DNA of 64,000 bases from an uncultured Rivularia sp. GTDB taxonomy: Bacteria; Cyanobacteriota; Cyanobacteriia; Cyanobacteriales; Nostocaceae. The DNA lies in assembly GCA_963665115.1 (NCBI GenBank), contig OY762007.1:3648001-3712000 (forward strand), in the 5' to 3' direction. This document shows positions 8,475-18,668 of the stretch, one piece after another. The notes below the pieces were generated by a model that saw only the letters and a program-made list of their open reading frames with translations, did no database searches and was not told where the DNA came from. The position numbers and the translations under genes were made by a program. Position 1 is the first letter of the stretch; each line of letters begins with the position of its first letter.

Positions 8475-8570
8475 TTTGATTCCCCTAATAGCAAAGATTA
8501 AATTTTCATTATTAAATTGCAGATAAATTAAAATATTAGTTATAAAAAGCTATATTTATATCTTTATCAA

Positions 8571-8620
8571 TTACCAATCCCCAATTCCCAATTCCCAATC
8601 CCCAATTACCAATCCCCAAT
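8571..8620. repeat. Heptamer STRR tract (CCCAAT[CT])n, representative
   Basis: Tandem 7-mers. Similar tracts occur at about 13790-13835, 32177-32212, 35343-35398, 52128-52152 and 59110-59170. Confidence 0.85.
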
Positions 8621-9249
8621 TACCCATTAACTTTTTGTTTTCGTTCGCTATGACGGTCTGTAAGATAATCAACTTTATCGCGTAATAGCAACGTAAATTT
8701 ATACAATTCTTCCATAACATCAATTACTCTATCTCGATAAGCTGAATCCTTCATTGTTCCATCTTCATTAAACTCTTGATAAGCTTTAGCAACAGAAGAT
8801 TGATTGGGAATTGTAAACATCCGCATCCAACGCCCTAGAAGTCTCATGGAATTTACTGCATTGAAAGATTGAGAACCACCACTTACCTGCATTACTGCTA
8901 AAGTTCTTCCTTGTGTCGGTCTAACTGCTCCTATACTCAAAGGAATCCAGTCAATCTGGTTTTTCAAAATCCCGGTAAGATTACCGTGCATTTCTGGAGA
9001 TGACCAAACTTGCCCTTCGGACCATTTACTTAACTCTTGCAATTCTTGGACTTTGAAATGTGTATCTGGGACGCTACCCCGAATAGGTAATTCACGGGGA
9101 TCGAAAAATTTTACTTCTGCACCGAATCCTTCAATAATCCGCGCTGCTTCTTCTGCTAACAAACGACTGTAGGAACGCTCTCGCAGCGAACCGTATAAAA
9201 ATAATATTCTTGGTTTGTGGTCGAAATCTGCCATGTATTCAATTCTCAA
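8620..9249 (-). CDS. arsH: Arsenical resistance flavoprotein ArsH
   Basis: [20 protein letters not shown] and [13 protein letters not shown] motifs. Confidence 0.93.
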   Translation of the reverse strand: MRIEYMADFDHKPRILFLYGSLRERSYSRLLAEEAARIIEGFGAEVKFFDPRELPIRGSVPDTHFKVQELQELSKWSEGQVWSSPEMHGNLTGILKNQIDWIPLSIGAVRPTQGRTLAVMQVSGGSQSFNAVNSMRLLGRWMRMFTIPNQSSVAKAYQEFNEDGTMKDSAYRDRVIDVMEELYKFTLLLRDKVDYLTDRHSERKQKVNG

Positions 9250-9978
9250 TTACTTAATATCGCGAAATCCGTAAGAAAGATGTCGATAAACAATTACTGC
9301 TAACTGCGCTCCCATAATTGGTGCTAGCCAGTAAAGCCAGTGATGTTGCCAAATCCATCCAATCAAAGCAGGAGCAAAAGAACGCGCCGGATTCATACTT
9401 GCTCCAGTTATCGGTCCCATGAAAGCCGCTTCTAAACCTACTGTTAACCCAATTGCTAATCCTGCAAAACCCACAGGTGCGCGTCTATCAAGCCCCGAAC
9501 CGAAAATGACGAACATCAAAACGAAAGTGAGTACTAGCTCTAAAACGAAAGATTGCAACCAATTATTATTTAAAGGCAAAGTTGCACCCAAATTGGCAAC
9601 GTTTCCTAAGCTGATAAAGAGTAAAACTGAAGCTGATATTGCGCCGACTAACTGTGCCAAAATATACGGTATTACCAGATGCTTTGGAAAAAAACCACTC
9701 GTCCAAAATGCTAACGTTACTGCTGGATTTAAGTGTGCGCCGCTGATATGTCCCAAACAATAAATCATTGCTGTAACAACGGCACCGAAGACAAAACTGA
9801 CACCTAAATGTGTTACGCTACCATCGCTAATGGTATTTGCCATAACTGCTCCGGTACCCGCAAATACCAAAGTAAAGGTACCGATACCCTCTGCGATCGC
9901 TTCTCTTTTCCAAAGACTGCCTAATAACTGTTGCCGCGAACGCTGATTTACACTTGTATCCATACTTGTAATTGGCAC
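9250..9978 (-). CDS. MIP/aquaporin, probable arsenite channel
   Basis: Two NPA motifs (HLNPAVT, SMNPARS); first gene after the ArsR operator. Confidence 0.9.
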   Translation of the reverse strand: MPITSMDTSVNQRSRQQLLGSLWKREAIAEGIGTFTLVFAGTGAVMANTISDGSVTHLGVSFVFGAVVTAMIYCLGHISGAHLNPAVTLAFWTSGFFPKHLVIPYILAQLVGAISASVLLFISLGNVANLGATLPLNNNWLQSFVLELVLTFVLMFVIFGSGLDRRAPVGFAGLAIGLTVGLEAAFMGPITGASMNPARSFAPALIGWIWQHHWLYWLAPIMGAQLAVIVYRHLSYGFRDIK

Positions 9979-10021
9979 GTTAGCGCCTCAAATTTAGAAC
10001 ACGCTTCATATAAACAGGTTA

Positions 10022-10045
10022 TTTCAAAAAAAGTTGATATGTCAA
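10022..10045 (-). promoter_or_regulatory. ArsR operator with adjacent TTGACA -35 box
   Basis: Minus strand reads TTGACAT-ATCAACTTTTTTTGAAA, close to the cyanobacterial ArsR box ATCAAGTTTTTTTGATG as I recall it. Confidence 0.7.
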
Positions 10046-10092
10046 GCAGTTGAGTATTTAGGTATCAATTAAATTTGACCCCGGCTTAAAAG

Positions 10093-10425
10093 TCAAGGAG
10101 AGTCTTCGCAAGAAGGAGCGGGGACTATTTGGGTGAATTGATTGTATTGTGCTAAATATTGCTGTAGTACTTTAAACTGAGACTGGTTAAGGCTGTAGTA
10201 AATCCAGCGCCCTTCTTGACGAGCGCAAACTAAATTAGCTTCTTTAAGGGTTTTCAGATGAAAAGACAGCTTGGATTGACTGACATCTAAAATATCGCAT
10301 AAATCGCAAACACAGATTTCATGATTTTTAATTAGTTGCAATACTTTAACCCGCAATGGTTCGGATAAAGCATGAAAACCAGAAACAATAATACCTGGAA
10401 CCGTAGTAGGAGTGGATAGCATCAA
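10093..10425 (-). CDS. arsR: ArsR/SmtB metalloregulator
   Basis: FHALSEPLR, EICVCDL, SQSKLSFHLK and GRWIYY motifs. Confidence 0.9.
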   Translation of the reverse strand: MMLSTPTTVPGIIVSGFHALSEPLRVKVLQLIKNHEICVCDLCDILDVSQSKLSFHLKTLKEANLVCARQEGRWIYYSLNQSQFKVLQQYLAQYNQFTQIVPAPSCEDSP

Positions 10426-10453
10426 TTTATATTGAATTGAGAGTCAACTATAT

Positions 10454-11665
10454 TCATTTTGAACTAGAAATAGCAGGTTTGGAGTGATAGCGAATACCTG
10501 CTTGCTTAAATCGATGCAAAGCTTCATCAAGACGTTTAGTATCCGCTATTAAGCTAATACGCACATAATTTTCGCCTCCAGCACCAAAAGCATTACCGGG
10601 AGTAACTACTACACCTGTTTGCTGTAATAACTTTAAAGCAAAATCTGTGGAATTCATGCCTACAGGAGAAGGAATCCACAAATACATGGTTGCTTTTGTT
10701 TTGGAAAGATTCCAACCCAAATCTGTCAAACCTTGGATCAGGAAATCGCGACGGATAGAGTAGCGTTGTTGAACTTGCTCTAAATAACTATCGGGTAATT
10801 GTAAAGCAGTTTGGGCTGCTACTTGCAATGCTGAAAAAATACCATAATCCAAGTTGGTTTTCAGCGTTCGTAAACCTTGAATTACGTGTCGGTTGCCTAC
10901 CACAAAACCCACGCGCCAACCTGCCATATTATAGGTTTTAGACATGGTGTGGAATTCCACGCCGATATCTTTAGCACCAGGTATCTCTAATAAACTTGTA
11001 GGTTGATAGCCATCAAATGCTAATTCCGCGTAACACAAGTCATGAACTAGCAGAATTTCATACTTTTGAGCAAAAGCAACTATTTCTTCAAAAAATTCAC
11101 GGGGTGCAGTCGCAGCAGTAGGATTATTGGGGTAATTGAAATAAAGTATTTTTGCTCGTTTGGCTATAGCATCGGGTATTTTGGTTAGATCGATCAGCCA
11201 ATCATTTTCTGGTTTTAAAATTAAACTGTGGATTTCACCACCAGCAATTACGGGGCCACGAAAATGAACGGGATAAGATGGTGAAGGTACTAAAACTAAA
11301 TCGCCAGGATTAACATAAGCTAACGCTAAATGCCCCAATCCTTCTTTAGAACCTAATAACGGTAAAGCTTCGCTATCGGCATCTAAATTAACTCCATAGC
11401 GACGATGATACCAAGTAGTAATTGCGTTACGAAAATTGGCTGTTCCTTCAAAAGGAGGATAACCGTGATTATCAGGATTTTTTAAAGCCTCTATTGCTGC
11501 ATCAATTACAGCTTCTGGCGTTGCACCATCGGGGTTTCCCATACCCAGATCGATCAAATCTAAACCTTGCTCCCGCGCTTTTGTCTTCAATTCATCCAAT
11601 CGAGCAAATGGATAAGCGGGTAGTTTTTGTATTCTTTTGGCTGGGATTATCCAATCTAGATTCAT
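10454..11665 (-). CDS. PLP-dependent class I/II aminotransferase (aspartate/LL-DAP type)
   Basis: DLGMGNPD, NYPNNPT, HDLCY and SKTYNMAGWRVG motifs. Confidence 0.9.
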   Translation of the reverse strand: MNLDWIIPAKRIQKLPAYPFARLDELKTKAREQGLDLIDLGMGNPDGATPEAVIDAAIEALKNPDNHGYPPFEGTANFRNAITTWYHRRYGVNLDADSEALPLLGSKEGLGHLALAYVNPGDLVLVPSPSYPVHFRGPVIAGGEIHSLILKPENDWLIDLTKIPDAIAKRAKILYFNYPNNPTAATAPREFFEEIVAFAQKYEILLVHDLCYAELAFDGYQPTSLLEIPGAKDIGVEFHTMSKTYNMAGWRVGFVVGNRHVIQGLRTLKTNLDYGIFSALQVAAQTALQLPDSYLEQVQQRYSIRRDFLIQGLTDLGWNLSKTKATMYLWIPSPVGMNSTDFALKLLQQTGVVVTPGNAFGAGGENYVRISLIADTKRLDEALHRFKQAGIRYHSKPAISSSK

Positions 11666-11817
11666 AAGAAATGGGAGTCGCTTGGAAACTTAATCTTTTA
11701 AGTTTGAGAGGAAAAGCACAACAGCACTTTAAAGTACCGCGTGCTTTTCCATTGGGTGATTTTAGGATTTTCTATTAGATTGTTAGATTACCAATAAATC
11801 AACATCACAATCAATAT

Positions 11818-13026
11818 TTATGATTTTCCTTCTTTTTTAGAACCAGAAAACTGTTTAGCTTGATTGCTTCGAGCATTTAAACCATTGGAAATCCCATTTG
11901 CTTCTACTGGTGCTGTAGTGGAAACCATCGCTGCCATCAACTGTTCGATCGCAACTTTAAACGGTAATCTGTGAATATCTGAGTTAGGTTGTAGCGCAAA
12001 TTCTGCCGCTTTTTGCAACTGTTTGAGAGTTATATTGCCCAAACCCAAATCGTCCAGTTTTTGCGGTAATCCGATTTCTGCGTAAAATTTCAGCAACTGT
12101 TGTCTGGCAGCAGCAGCTAATTGGTTTCCTTGTAGCATTTCTTCCAAACGCAACTGCACCAAGATACCGTAAGCAACTTTATCACCATGAATGCTACCGC
12201 GTCCGCAAACATGAGTTAAACCATTATGCACGGCGTGAGCGGCAACAGTACGACATTGAGCACCACCAATTCCACCAATTACTCCAGCAAGTAACACTGT
12301 AGCGTCCACAACTTCTCGCCAAGCTTCGCTTCCAGGAGATTGCAAAGCAGCTACCGACTTTTGCAATAAAATATCGCGTAAAACTCGCGCTTGCTGAACA
12401 GCTGCAATAATTAAAGTCTGCTCTGAACTTCCGCTGCTTACCGATGCTTCGTACCACTTGGCGATCGCATCCCCAATTCCCGCAACTAATGTACTTTGTG
12501 GCGCTGTTTGAATCAAGTCGTAATCTAATATTAGTAAGTCAGGGCAATTATCTAAAGCCACATCATATAGAAACGCCCCTTCATCGGAATAAACGTTAGA
12601 AAGCGCAGTCCAAGCCGCACAAGTAGCCCCCGAAGTAGGAATTGTAACTACTGGTATTTCTAACTGGTGGGCTAATAATTTCGCCGTATCAAGAGCTTTA
12701 CCACCGCCAATACCGATAATTACATCAGCTTCGTGGACTTTAGCAGTGTTTCGTAAAACCTCCAAGCTGCTTTCACTGCAATCGGGAGCATAACTCTTTT
12801 GAATCAAATCTAACTCACGAGACTTAAACAATTCCAGATAATTTTGAGCAATTTTTGCAGTGCGATCGCCACTAACAACCAAGGGACGATTCCCTTTTCG
12901 AGAGATAGCATCAACTGCTTGGTTGAGGATTTGCGAACCGCGAATTACTTTTGCTGGAGCTACCGCCAGAGTTAATAACGAATTGGATGGCTGAGCCGAT
13001 AAAGTTGTCTTTGATTGATTAAACAT
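11818..13026 (-). CDS. Iron-containing alcohol/glycerol dehydrogenase family protein
   Basis: GIGGGKALDTAK, IPTSGATCAAW, AGIGDA, AHAVHNG and HGDKVA motifs. Confidence 0.88.
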   Translation of the reverse strand: MFNQSKTTLSAQPSNSLLTLAVAPAKVIRGSQILNQAVDAISRKGNRPLVVSGDRTAKIAQNYLELFKSRELDLIQKSYAPDCSESSLEVLRNTAKVHEADVIIGIGGGKALDTAKLLAHQLEIPVVTIPTSGATCAAWTALSNVYSDEGAFLYDVALDNCPDLLILDYDLIQTAPQSTLVAGIGDAIAKWYEASVSSGSSEQTLIIAAVQQARVLRDILLQKSVAALQSPGSEAWREVVDATVLLAGVIGGIGGAQCRTVAAHAVHNGLTHVCGRGSIHGDKVAYGILVQLRLEEMLQGNQLAAAARQQLLKFYAEIGLPQKLDDLGLGNITLKQLQKAAEFALQPNSDIHRLPFKVAIEQLMAAMVSTTAPVEANGISNGLNARSNQAKQFSGSKKEGKS

Positions 13027-13395
13027 ATAATTTATTCAAGTAGCACCAAAATATCGAAAATTTTTCCAGATAGAGAGATAACCTATAAGTTATTTTACCT
13101 AAGAATAATAATTGTATCGTTTAGATGTAGATTTAAGGCTTATGAGTCTATATGTCAGCCCCATTACATTTTACATGGGAAAATATCTATCCTAAGTACT
13201 ATTGTCAACGAATAAATACTTAGCAGATCGAATAATCACTATTCATCAACTAACATAGAGATAGTATATTTACAAGTAATACCAGCTACATGATGCACTT
13301 AGTGCGAATAATTTGAAATAAAATAGTAATTTTGCTGAGTTTCAACGATAAAAGAATAAAGGTAAGTAAACCTCTTTAATAATTAGGTAAGTCAA

Positions 13396-13749
13396 ATGGA
13401 AAAGTTTGATAAGAATTCTCAACACATAAATAACAATGGTAAGGTTAAAACTTTTCAACAAAGAGTTTTTTCTTTAGAAGAGGAGGCTGTAAGCAATGAC
13501 TTACAGCCGCAAGTTAATAAAAGCCTACCGATCCCATTCCCAGAATTAAAGAAAGGCAGTAAAGGAGAAGTAGTAATGAAAGCACAGCGCATCCTCAAAA
13601 CAACCTCCGATTACATAGGATACGTAGACGGCGATTTTGGTTGGGTGATGGAAGCAGCAGTGCAAAGCTTTCAACGTCGGAGTAAAGTCGCAATAACTGG
13701 AATCATCAATGGTGATACTTGGGAAGCTCTAAACCAAATTCGTCGCTAA
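13396..13749 (+). CDS. Peptidoglycan-binding domain protein
   Basis: LKKGSKGEVV...DGDFG...AVQSFQ...TGII...TW (PG_binding_1 pattern). Confidence 0.8.
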   Translation: MEKFDKNSQHINNNGKVKTFQQRVFSLEEEAVSNDLQPQVNKSLPIPFPELKKGSKGEVVMKAQRILKTTSDYIGYVDGDFGWVMEAAVQSFQRRSKVAITGIINGDTWEALNQIRR

Positions 13750-13828
13750 AATCAGTGAACAGTGAATAGTTAAGAGTTCCATCTTAATAATTCCTAACTC
13801 TTAACTCTTAACTCCTAACTCCGAACTC

Positions 13829-14351
13829 CTAACTCTCAAAAGTTGATAATTTCGCTAGATTATCTTCGTAAATATCAATTTGCATTCCGTTATCATCGCG
13901 ACTGGAAAGAGAAACGCTTAACTTGTCCTAAATAGAGGGGAACAGAAATTCCCGGTTCGGGATGTACTATGCTGCGAGCGCGAATAGTTAATTGATCGTC
14001 TTGTGGGGTACCTAATCTACCGTAGGAAAATAAATCGCTAGCAGCTTGCTTTAAAGTTGCATCTAATTCTGAAGAGGTTATTTGGGGTGGAGTAGCAATT
14101 ACAGCTTGCGACGATCCATTATCAAAAACCAATTTATAACGAACTGCACCAGGAATGACGGTGCGCGTTAAAGGCGTGAGAGAGAGAGGGAATAAACCCC
14201 CCGTGACTACCAGCATAAATCCCGTCGCACCCGCTAAGCGAAACCGGATACCCCACTTAAAGATAAAGCCTAAGAATGTAATAAAAGCAAATATTAATGT
14301 GGCAATACCCGCCCATTGAGTATATCGTGCGAAATCATCTGTTGAGAACAT
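13829..14351 (-). CDS. ycf51: Ycf51-family protein, +1 frameshift near 13912
   Basis: WGIRFRL, FDNG and AASDLFSYGR motifs. Removing one T restores KRSLSSRDDNGMQIDIYEDNLAKLSTFES*. Confidence 0.8.
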
Positions 14352-14518
14352 AACGGTTTAACTGCCAAGTTAATAAATTTATCAATGAATTTATTTTACC
14401 TGGCAAACTGCCGTCTTCTCTTGAGTCATTGTCTTATATATGATAAAGTGCGTGATTAGTTTAACTAATGCAGGCACATCTAATTTATCAGTTGTTTTAT
14501 TCTATACAAGTATTTTAT

Positions 14519-14908
14519 TTAACGGCGACAATCAACAGATAAATCCTTACCGTCATTCAAAATTGATACTGACACGATATAATCTTTCGGACAAGTTCGC
14601 ACAGAATTATTTTCTATTATTCTAATATCTTCAGAAAGCGTACAACTTTGAAACTCTGACTTTTCTGCAAAACTTATATAAGTTTTAGCTTTGCAGGGAA
14701 AAATAGAAGTACCAACTCGATTATTACCTATTCTAACTTTAGTGTCTCTTGCTAATAGACAATATCGTAAAGAACCATTGGCATAGCGGCTAATAGTACC
14801 GGATTCACAAGATATTGCTGCAAGTACAGGCTGCGGAAATAATATATTTATTGCGGAAAGACTAAAAAGAGAAGCAACCGCAGCTAACTTGTAGTTAAAA
14901 AATTTCAT
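14519..14908 (-). CDS. Secreted Cys-containing hypothetical protein
   Basis: Signal peptide (...QPVLA/A) and six regularly spaced Cys. Confidence 0.7.
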   Translation of the reverse strand: MKFFNYKLAAVASLFSLSAINILFPQPVLAAISCESGTISRYANGSLRYCLLARDTKVRIGNNRVGTSIFPCKAKTYISFAEKSEFQSCTLSEDIRIIENNSVRTCPKDYIVSVSILNDGKDLSVDCRR

Positions 14909-14984
14909 TTGTTAAAACCCCTCTTTTTATAGTTACAGAAAATATCTTATTTAACTGAATAAATGGCTTTAAAAAAAGAATTAG

Positions 14985-15010
14985 AAAAAACACCCCGTAA
15001 GGGGTGTTTA
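14985..15010 (-). terminator. Intrinsic terminator
   Basis: AAACACCCC-TTAC-GGGGTGTTT followed by a T tract on the minus strand. Confidence 0.7.
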
Positions 15011-15325
15011 CATCTTCCCAACAATCAGCAACAGTGACAAATGTGGGACAAACCACATCAACAGTCACAGGCGTGTATTGTTATATTATTAACTTTTTTT
15101 GCCGTACACCTCAGAATTTGCACTTAGAAGCGTAAATTCAAACTAACGAAATTATTTATTTTTTGAGTGGGAATATAAGTTTTGAGTTTAATTCGATAAG
15201 ATTTTTGGAGAGTAAAAGAAGCAATTAAATTGTTGGTTGCTGCTGTCTATGATATTTAAAAACCCGGTTTTTTGAAAAAATCGGGTTTCTTATAATTAAA
15301 AAACGAATGTCCTCTACATCATTTA

Positions 15326-15808
15326 TTATTGATTCCCACGGTTAATGTATGTACGAACGTTGCGAACTGCTTGAGCCGCATAAGGGTCATTTGGACGTGC
15401 ATTCAAAGCTCTGCGAAAATTGATTAAAGCAGTTTGATAATCTTGATTGTCGGTTGCAGCATAACCTATTCGCATATGACGGTCATAAGCAGATTTTGGA
15501 GCATCTTTACTCTCAGGCTTATTACCATCCAAAATATCTAACATATTGTAATAAGCAATAGTGGCGTTACGGTCGTTAGGACGCATATACAAAGCGTCTC
15601 TAAAGCGAATCAAAGCTGTAGGGTAATCTTCTCTTTGAGCCGCTGCATAACCAAGCCTCATTTGAAAATCGTAACTGCTTTCCCCTCTTGCAGGTCTTGC
15701 TGCTACTGATGAGGTATTTGCAGTTTGCGCTGCTACCTGGTGAATAGGTGCAATTAAAGTTAATCCTAATATTGCTGGTAAAGCTTTTATTAAAACAGAT
15801 ATATTCAT
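15326..15808 (-). CDS. Secreted TPR-like repeat protein
   Basis: Signal peptide and duplicated YDxxMRxGYAA...DYxTALIxFRxAL...RPND units. Confidence 0.8.
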   Translation of the reverse strand: MNISVLIKALPAILGLTLIAPIHQVAAQTANTSSVAARPARGESSYDFQMRLGYAAAQREDYPTALIRFRDALYMRPNDRNATIAYYNMLDILDGNKPESKDAPKSAYDRHMRIGYAATDNQDYQTALINFRRALNARPNDPYAAQAVRNVRTYINRGNQ

Positions 15809-16056
15809 TCAGATTTTCCTTGAATTATTTTAAAATGATAATTATTAGTATGAATTAATTACCTGTTAATAATATGACTTATCTTGTAGCTTTAATACAT
15901 CTATCGTTAGTTCAAATTAAAGGCTAATAAATACGGTCTAATTATTTTTTCATATACTTCTATAGAATGATAATAGCTATTTTTGATCAATAATTTTGAA
16001 TATTTCATTAAGCTAACATCAAGTAAATATGTAGTTAATCCTATTAAAATAAAATC

Positions 16057-16998
16057 ATGATAAAGATGAATAAATCAGTATCTGCTTTGCTCGGTTTATC
16101 TATTGGCGATGCATTGGGGGTACCTGTAGAATTCACAAGTCGAGCCGAAAGAGTAAAATCTCCGGTAACATCAATGTTGGGTTATGGAACCTGGGATGTG
16201 CCTGCTGGAACTTTCTCTGATGACAGTTCATTAACTTTTTGTTTGACTGAATGTCTTTGCAAAGGATTTTCGCTAAATGATATTGCTAATTCTTTTTGGC
16301 GCTGGTATCAAGAAGGTTATTGGACGGCTAGCGGTGAAGTTTTTGATATTGGTAATACGACTTTCTTAGCAATCGCTGATTACAAACGAGGTGTGCCACC
16401 CGTACAAGCAGGCGGAAAAAGCGAAAACAGTAATGGCAATGGTTCTTTGATGAGAATTTTGCCTATGGCTTATTTATTCAAAAAATGGGATTTTCCAGAA
16501 CTAATTTGTCGTACACATCAAGTTTCTTGCATTACTCACGCGCATCTAAGATCGCAAATGGCTTGCGGGATTTATATAAGTATTGCAATTTCTTTGTTGT
16601 CAGGTGAAAAACCACAGCAGGCTTACGAAAAGGGATTAGAAAAAATACAACCAATTTATTCAGCGTCTGAATATGCTGTTGAAATCTCGCATTTCGATAA
16701 GGTATTTACCGCTGAAATAGCCAAATTACCTGTAGACGAAATTCAATCTAGCGGTTACGTGATACATACTCTTGAAGCGTCTTTATGGTGTCTATTAAAT
16801 AGTTCGTCTTATGCCGAAGCGGTATTAAAAGCAGTAAATTTGGGTGGAGACACCGATACTACCGCTGCTGTAACGGGTGGTTTAGCAGGAATTTATTATG
16901 GCGTTGAAAATATTCCGAAAGAATGGATCGAGCAAATTGCCCGCAAACAAGAGATTGTGGATTTAGCCGAGCGTTTTGATGCAGCGGTTTTTAATTAG
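16057..16998 (+). CDS. ADP-ribosylglycohydrolase family protein
   Basis: GDALGVPVEF, SDD, GNGSLMR and GGDTDT motifs. Confidence 0.92.
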   Translation: MIKMNKSVSALLGLSIGDALGVPVEFTSRAERVKSPVTSMLGYGTWDVPAGTFSDDSSLTFCLTECLCKGFSLNDIANSFWRWYQEGYWTASGEVFDIGNTTFLAIADYKRGVPPVQAGGKSENSNGNGSLMRILPMAYLFKKWDFPELICRTHQVSCITHAHLRSQMACGIYISIAISLLSGEKPQQAYEKGLEKIQPIYSASEYAVEISHFDKVFTAEIAKLPVDEIQSSGYVIHTLEASLWCLLNSSSYAEAVLKAVNLGGDTDTTAAVTGGLAGIYYGVENIPKEWIEQIARKQEIVDLAERFDAAVFN

Positions 16999-17070
16999 TT
17001 AGGAGTTAGGAGTTATAGATTAAAGATTTATACTGCTCACTGCTCACTGGTAACTGGTAACTGCTTACTG

Positions 17071-17394
17071 TCAACTGACTTGCTGTGCAATCCACTGCAA
17101 GTAAGGTTGATGACCTTTGAGAATAGGTATGGCAATAATTTCGGGTACTTCGTAGGTATGAAGTTCGAGTATCTTTGCTTCTAAAGTGGGAAATCTGGTT
17201 AAATCGGTTTTAATAAAAAGTTGCCATTCTTGGTCTTTGTTAACTTTCCCTTGCCAAGTGTAAATTGAGTTTATGGGGCTGAAACTGACGCAAGCAGCGA
17301 GTTTGGACTCTACTAAAACATTGGCTATTTTCTCTGCCTCTTCTTGAGAACCAGTTGTAACCAACACTATGCCGTAGTCGGTAAAGCTATCCAT
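17071..17394 (-). CDS. cutA: Divalent-cation tolerance protein CutA
   Basis: LAACV, SIYTWQG and HTYEVPEII motifs. Confidence 0.92.
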   Translation of the reverse strand: MDSFTDYGIVLVTTGSQEEAEKIANVLVESKLAACVSFSPINSIYTWQGKVNKDQEWQLFIKTDLTRFPTLEAKILELHTYEVPEIIAIPILKGHQPYLQWIAQQVS

Positions 17395-17552
17395 AAGATT
17401 AGAAAAAAGTAGATGAACACTATGAATGAAATAATCCGTAGTAGATATTGCTGATTCTAGGATTACTAATTACGAATCAACCAAATCCTAATGGCAAGGG
17501 AAGATGTTTAACATAGAATTATGCTTTCTCTCAATAAAAGCGTGACAGTTAA

Positions 17553-18638
17553 TTAAACGGAGGATAATGAATATACTTGCCCATCAATTAACAATCGGGT
17601 GATACCTTTGGCTTGCAATTGATAACGAGCCTTATGTAGCACTTGGCTATCAGGTACTTTAATAACGCGATCGCGCTTTGAGGAAAAGCGTTTTGCGACT
17701 CGATGGTTATCGAAGACGGGTAAAGTTGTTTCTTGGGTTTCTGGACTGGGGATTTCTCCTAAGTCACTAAATTCCCTGAGCGGACGTGTAATTAGCTCTG
17801 CGGCTCTGTCAATGACTATGTAGCAGGTTCTGGGTAAAGGGGCTGCTGATAGCGGTAGAACTCGAACTAAGGGTTCGTTTGACCTTCTTCTAGGAACAAA
17901 ACGTGTCGGTTGCTCGAAATCGTCTTCTTCCTCGTCGTCGTCATCATCAAAATCGTCTTCGAGTAAATCGTCTAAATCTTCCAAATCATCGCCATCATCG
18001 ATTTCCTCACCAAACATTTCCGCTATGACTTTGGCTTCAGTACGCTCATTGTCTAGTATGGGGCTAGGAATACTTTTGAGTTGCGGAGGACTGGGGATAC
18101 TTGGACTGGGGATACTTTTAACTTCTTTGTGCTTTTCTTCGAGTAGTTCCAATTGTTCGGCAACTGGGAAAAGCTGTTGAGAAGGATCTGAAGATGGTGC
18201 AGAAGAACGCCGTTTTACCCTTCTAGGAGCTTCAGTTGTTTTTGTTACCTTTCTTAATATAGGTTGTTTTTTGACAACAACTTTTTCTGGTTGTTCATCT
18301 TGCTCGTATCGTTCATCGTCGTCTTCTTGGACGGTTTCTTCCTTAATTTTGGGCTTAGAAGTACGCGATATTGTTTCCTTCTCTTCAACTTGTACTTCTT
18401 CTTCATCAAAAGAAGGAATATTCTCGTAGCTAACTTGTGCCCTACCTTCAGGGGTTCTGGCTGCACGCTTTAAAGAAACCAAATATTCGTACTCATCTTC
18501 GGGCAAAGTACTTTTGAGTAAGCGGCTGATAGTTGAATTGCTTACACCATAGCGCTCTGCCAAAGTCGAAGTAGTTTCGGCACTTTCTCGGTACAACTTG
18601 AGAATTTCTTTTTTGTCGGATTCTGTTAGTTTTCTCAC
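17553..18638 (-). CDS. Conserved cyanobacterial protein: N-terminal HTH, acidic linker, conserved C-terminal domain
   Basis: TTSTLAERYGVSNSTISR HTH, D/E-rich middle region, LPVFDNHRVAKRF. Confidence 0.75.
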   Translation of the reverse strand: MRKLTESDKKEILKLYRESAETTSTLAERYGVSNSTISRLLKSTLPEDEYEYLVSLKRAARTPEGRAQVSYENIPSFDEEEVQVEEKETISRTSKPKIKEETVQEDDDERYEQDEQPEKVVVKKQPILRKVTKTTEAPRRVKRRSSAPSSDPSQQLFPVAEQLELLEEKHKEVKSIPSPSIPSPPQLKSIPSPILDNERTEAKVIAEMFGEEIDDGDDLEDLDDLLEDDFDDDDDEEEDDFEQPTRFVPRRRSNEPLVRVLPLSAAPLPRTCYIVIDRAAELITRPLREFSDLGEIPSPETQETTLPVFDNHRVAKRFSSKRDRVIKVPDSQVLHKARYQLQAKGITRLLIDGQVYSLSSV

Positions 18639-18668
18639 AATGGATGTAGACCCCCCAACGTTGTTTTT

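Noticed and set aside
16057..16998. ADP-ribosylglycohydrolase as part of a toxin-antitoxin or defence system
   Set aside because: No ADP-ribosyltransferase or other partner is adjacent; neighbours are housekeeping genes.
17553..18638. Transposase (HTH start)
   Set aside because: No DDE or HUH catalytic motifs, TIRs or TSD; it looks like a conserved chromosomal protein.
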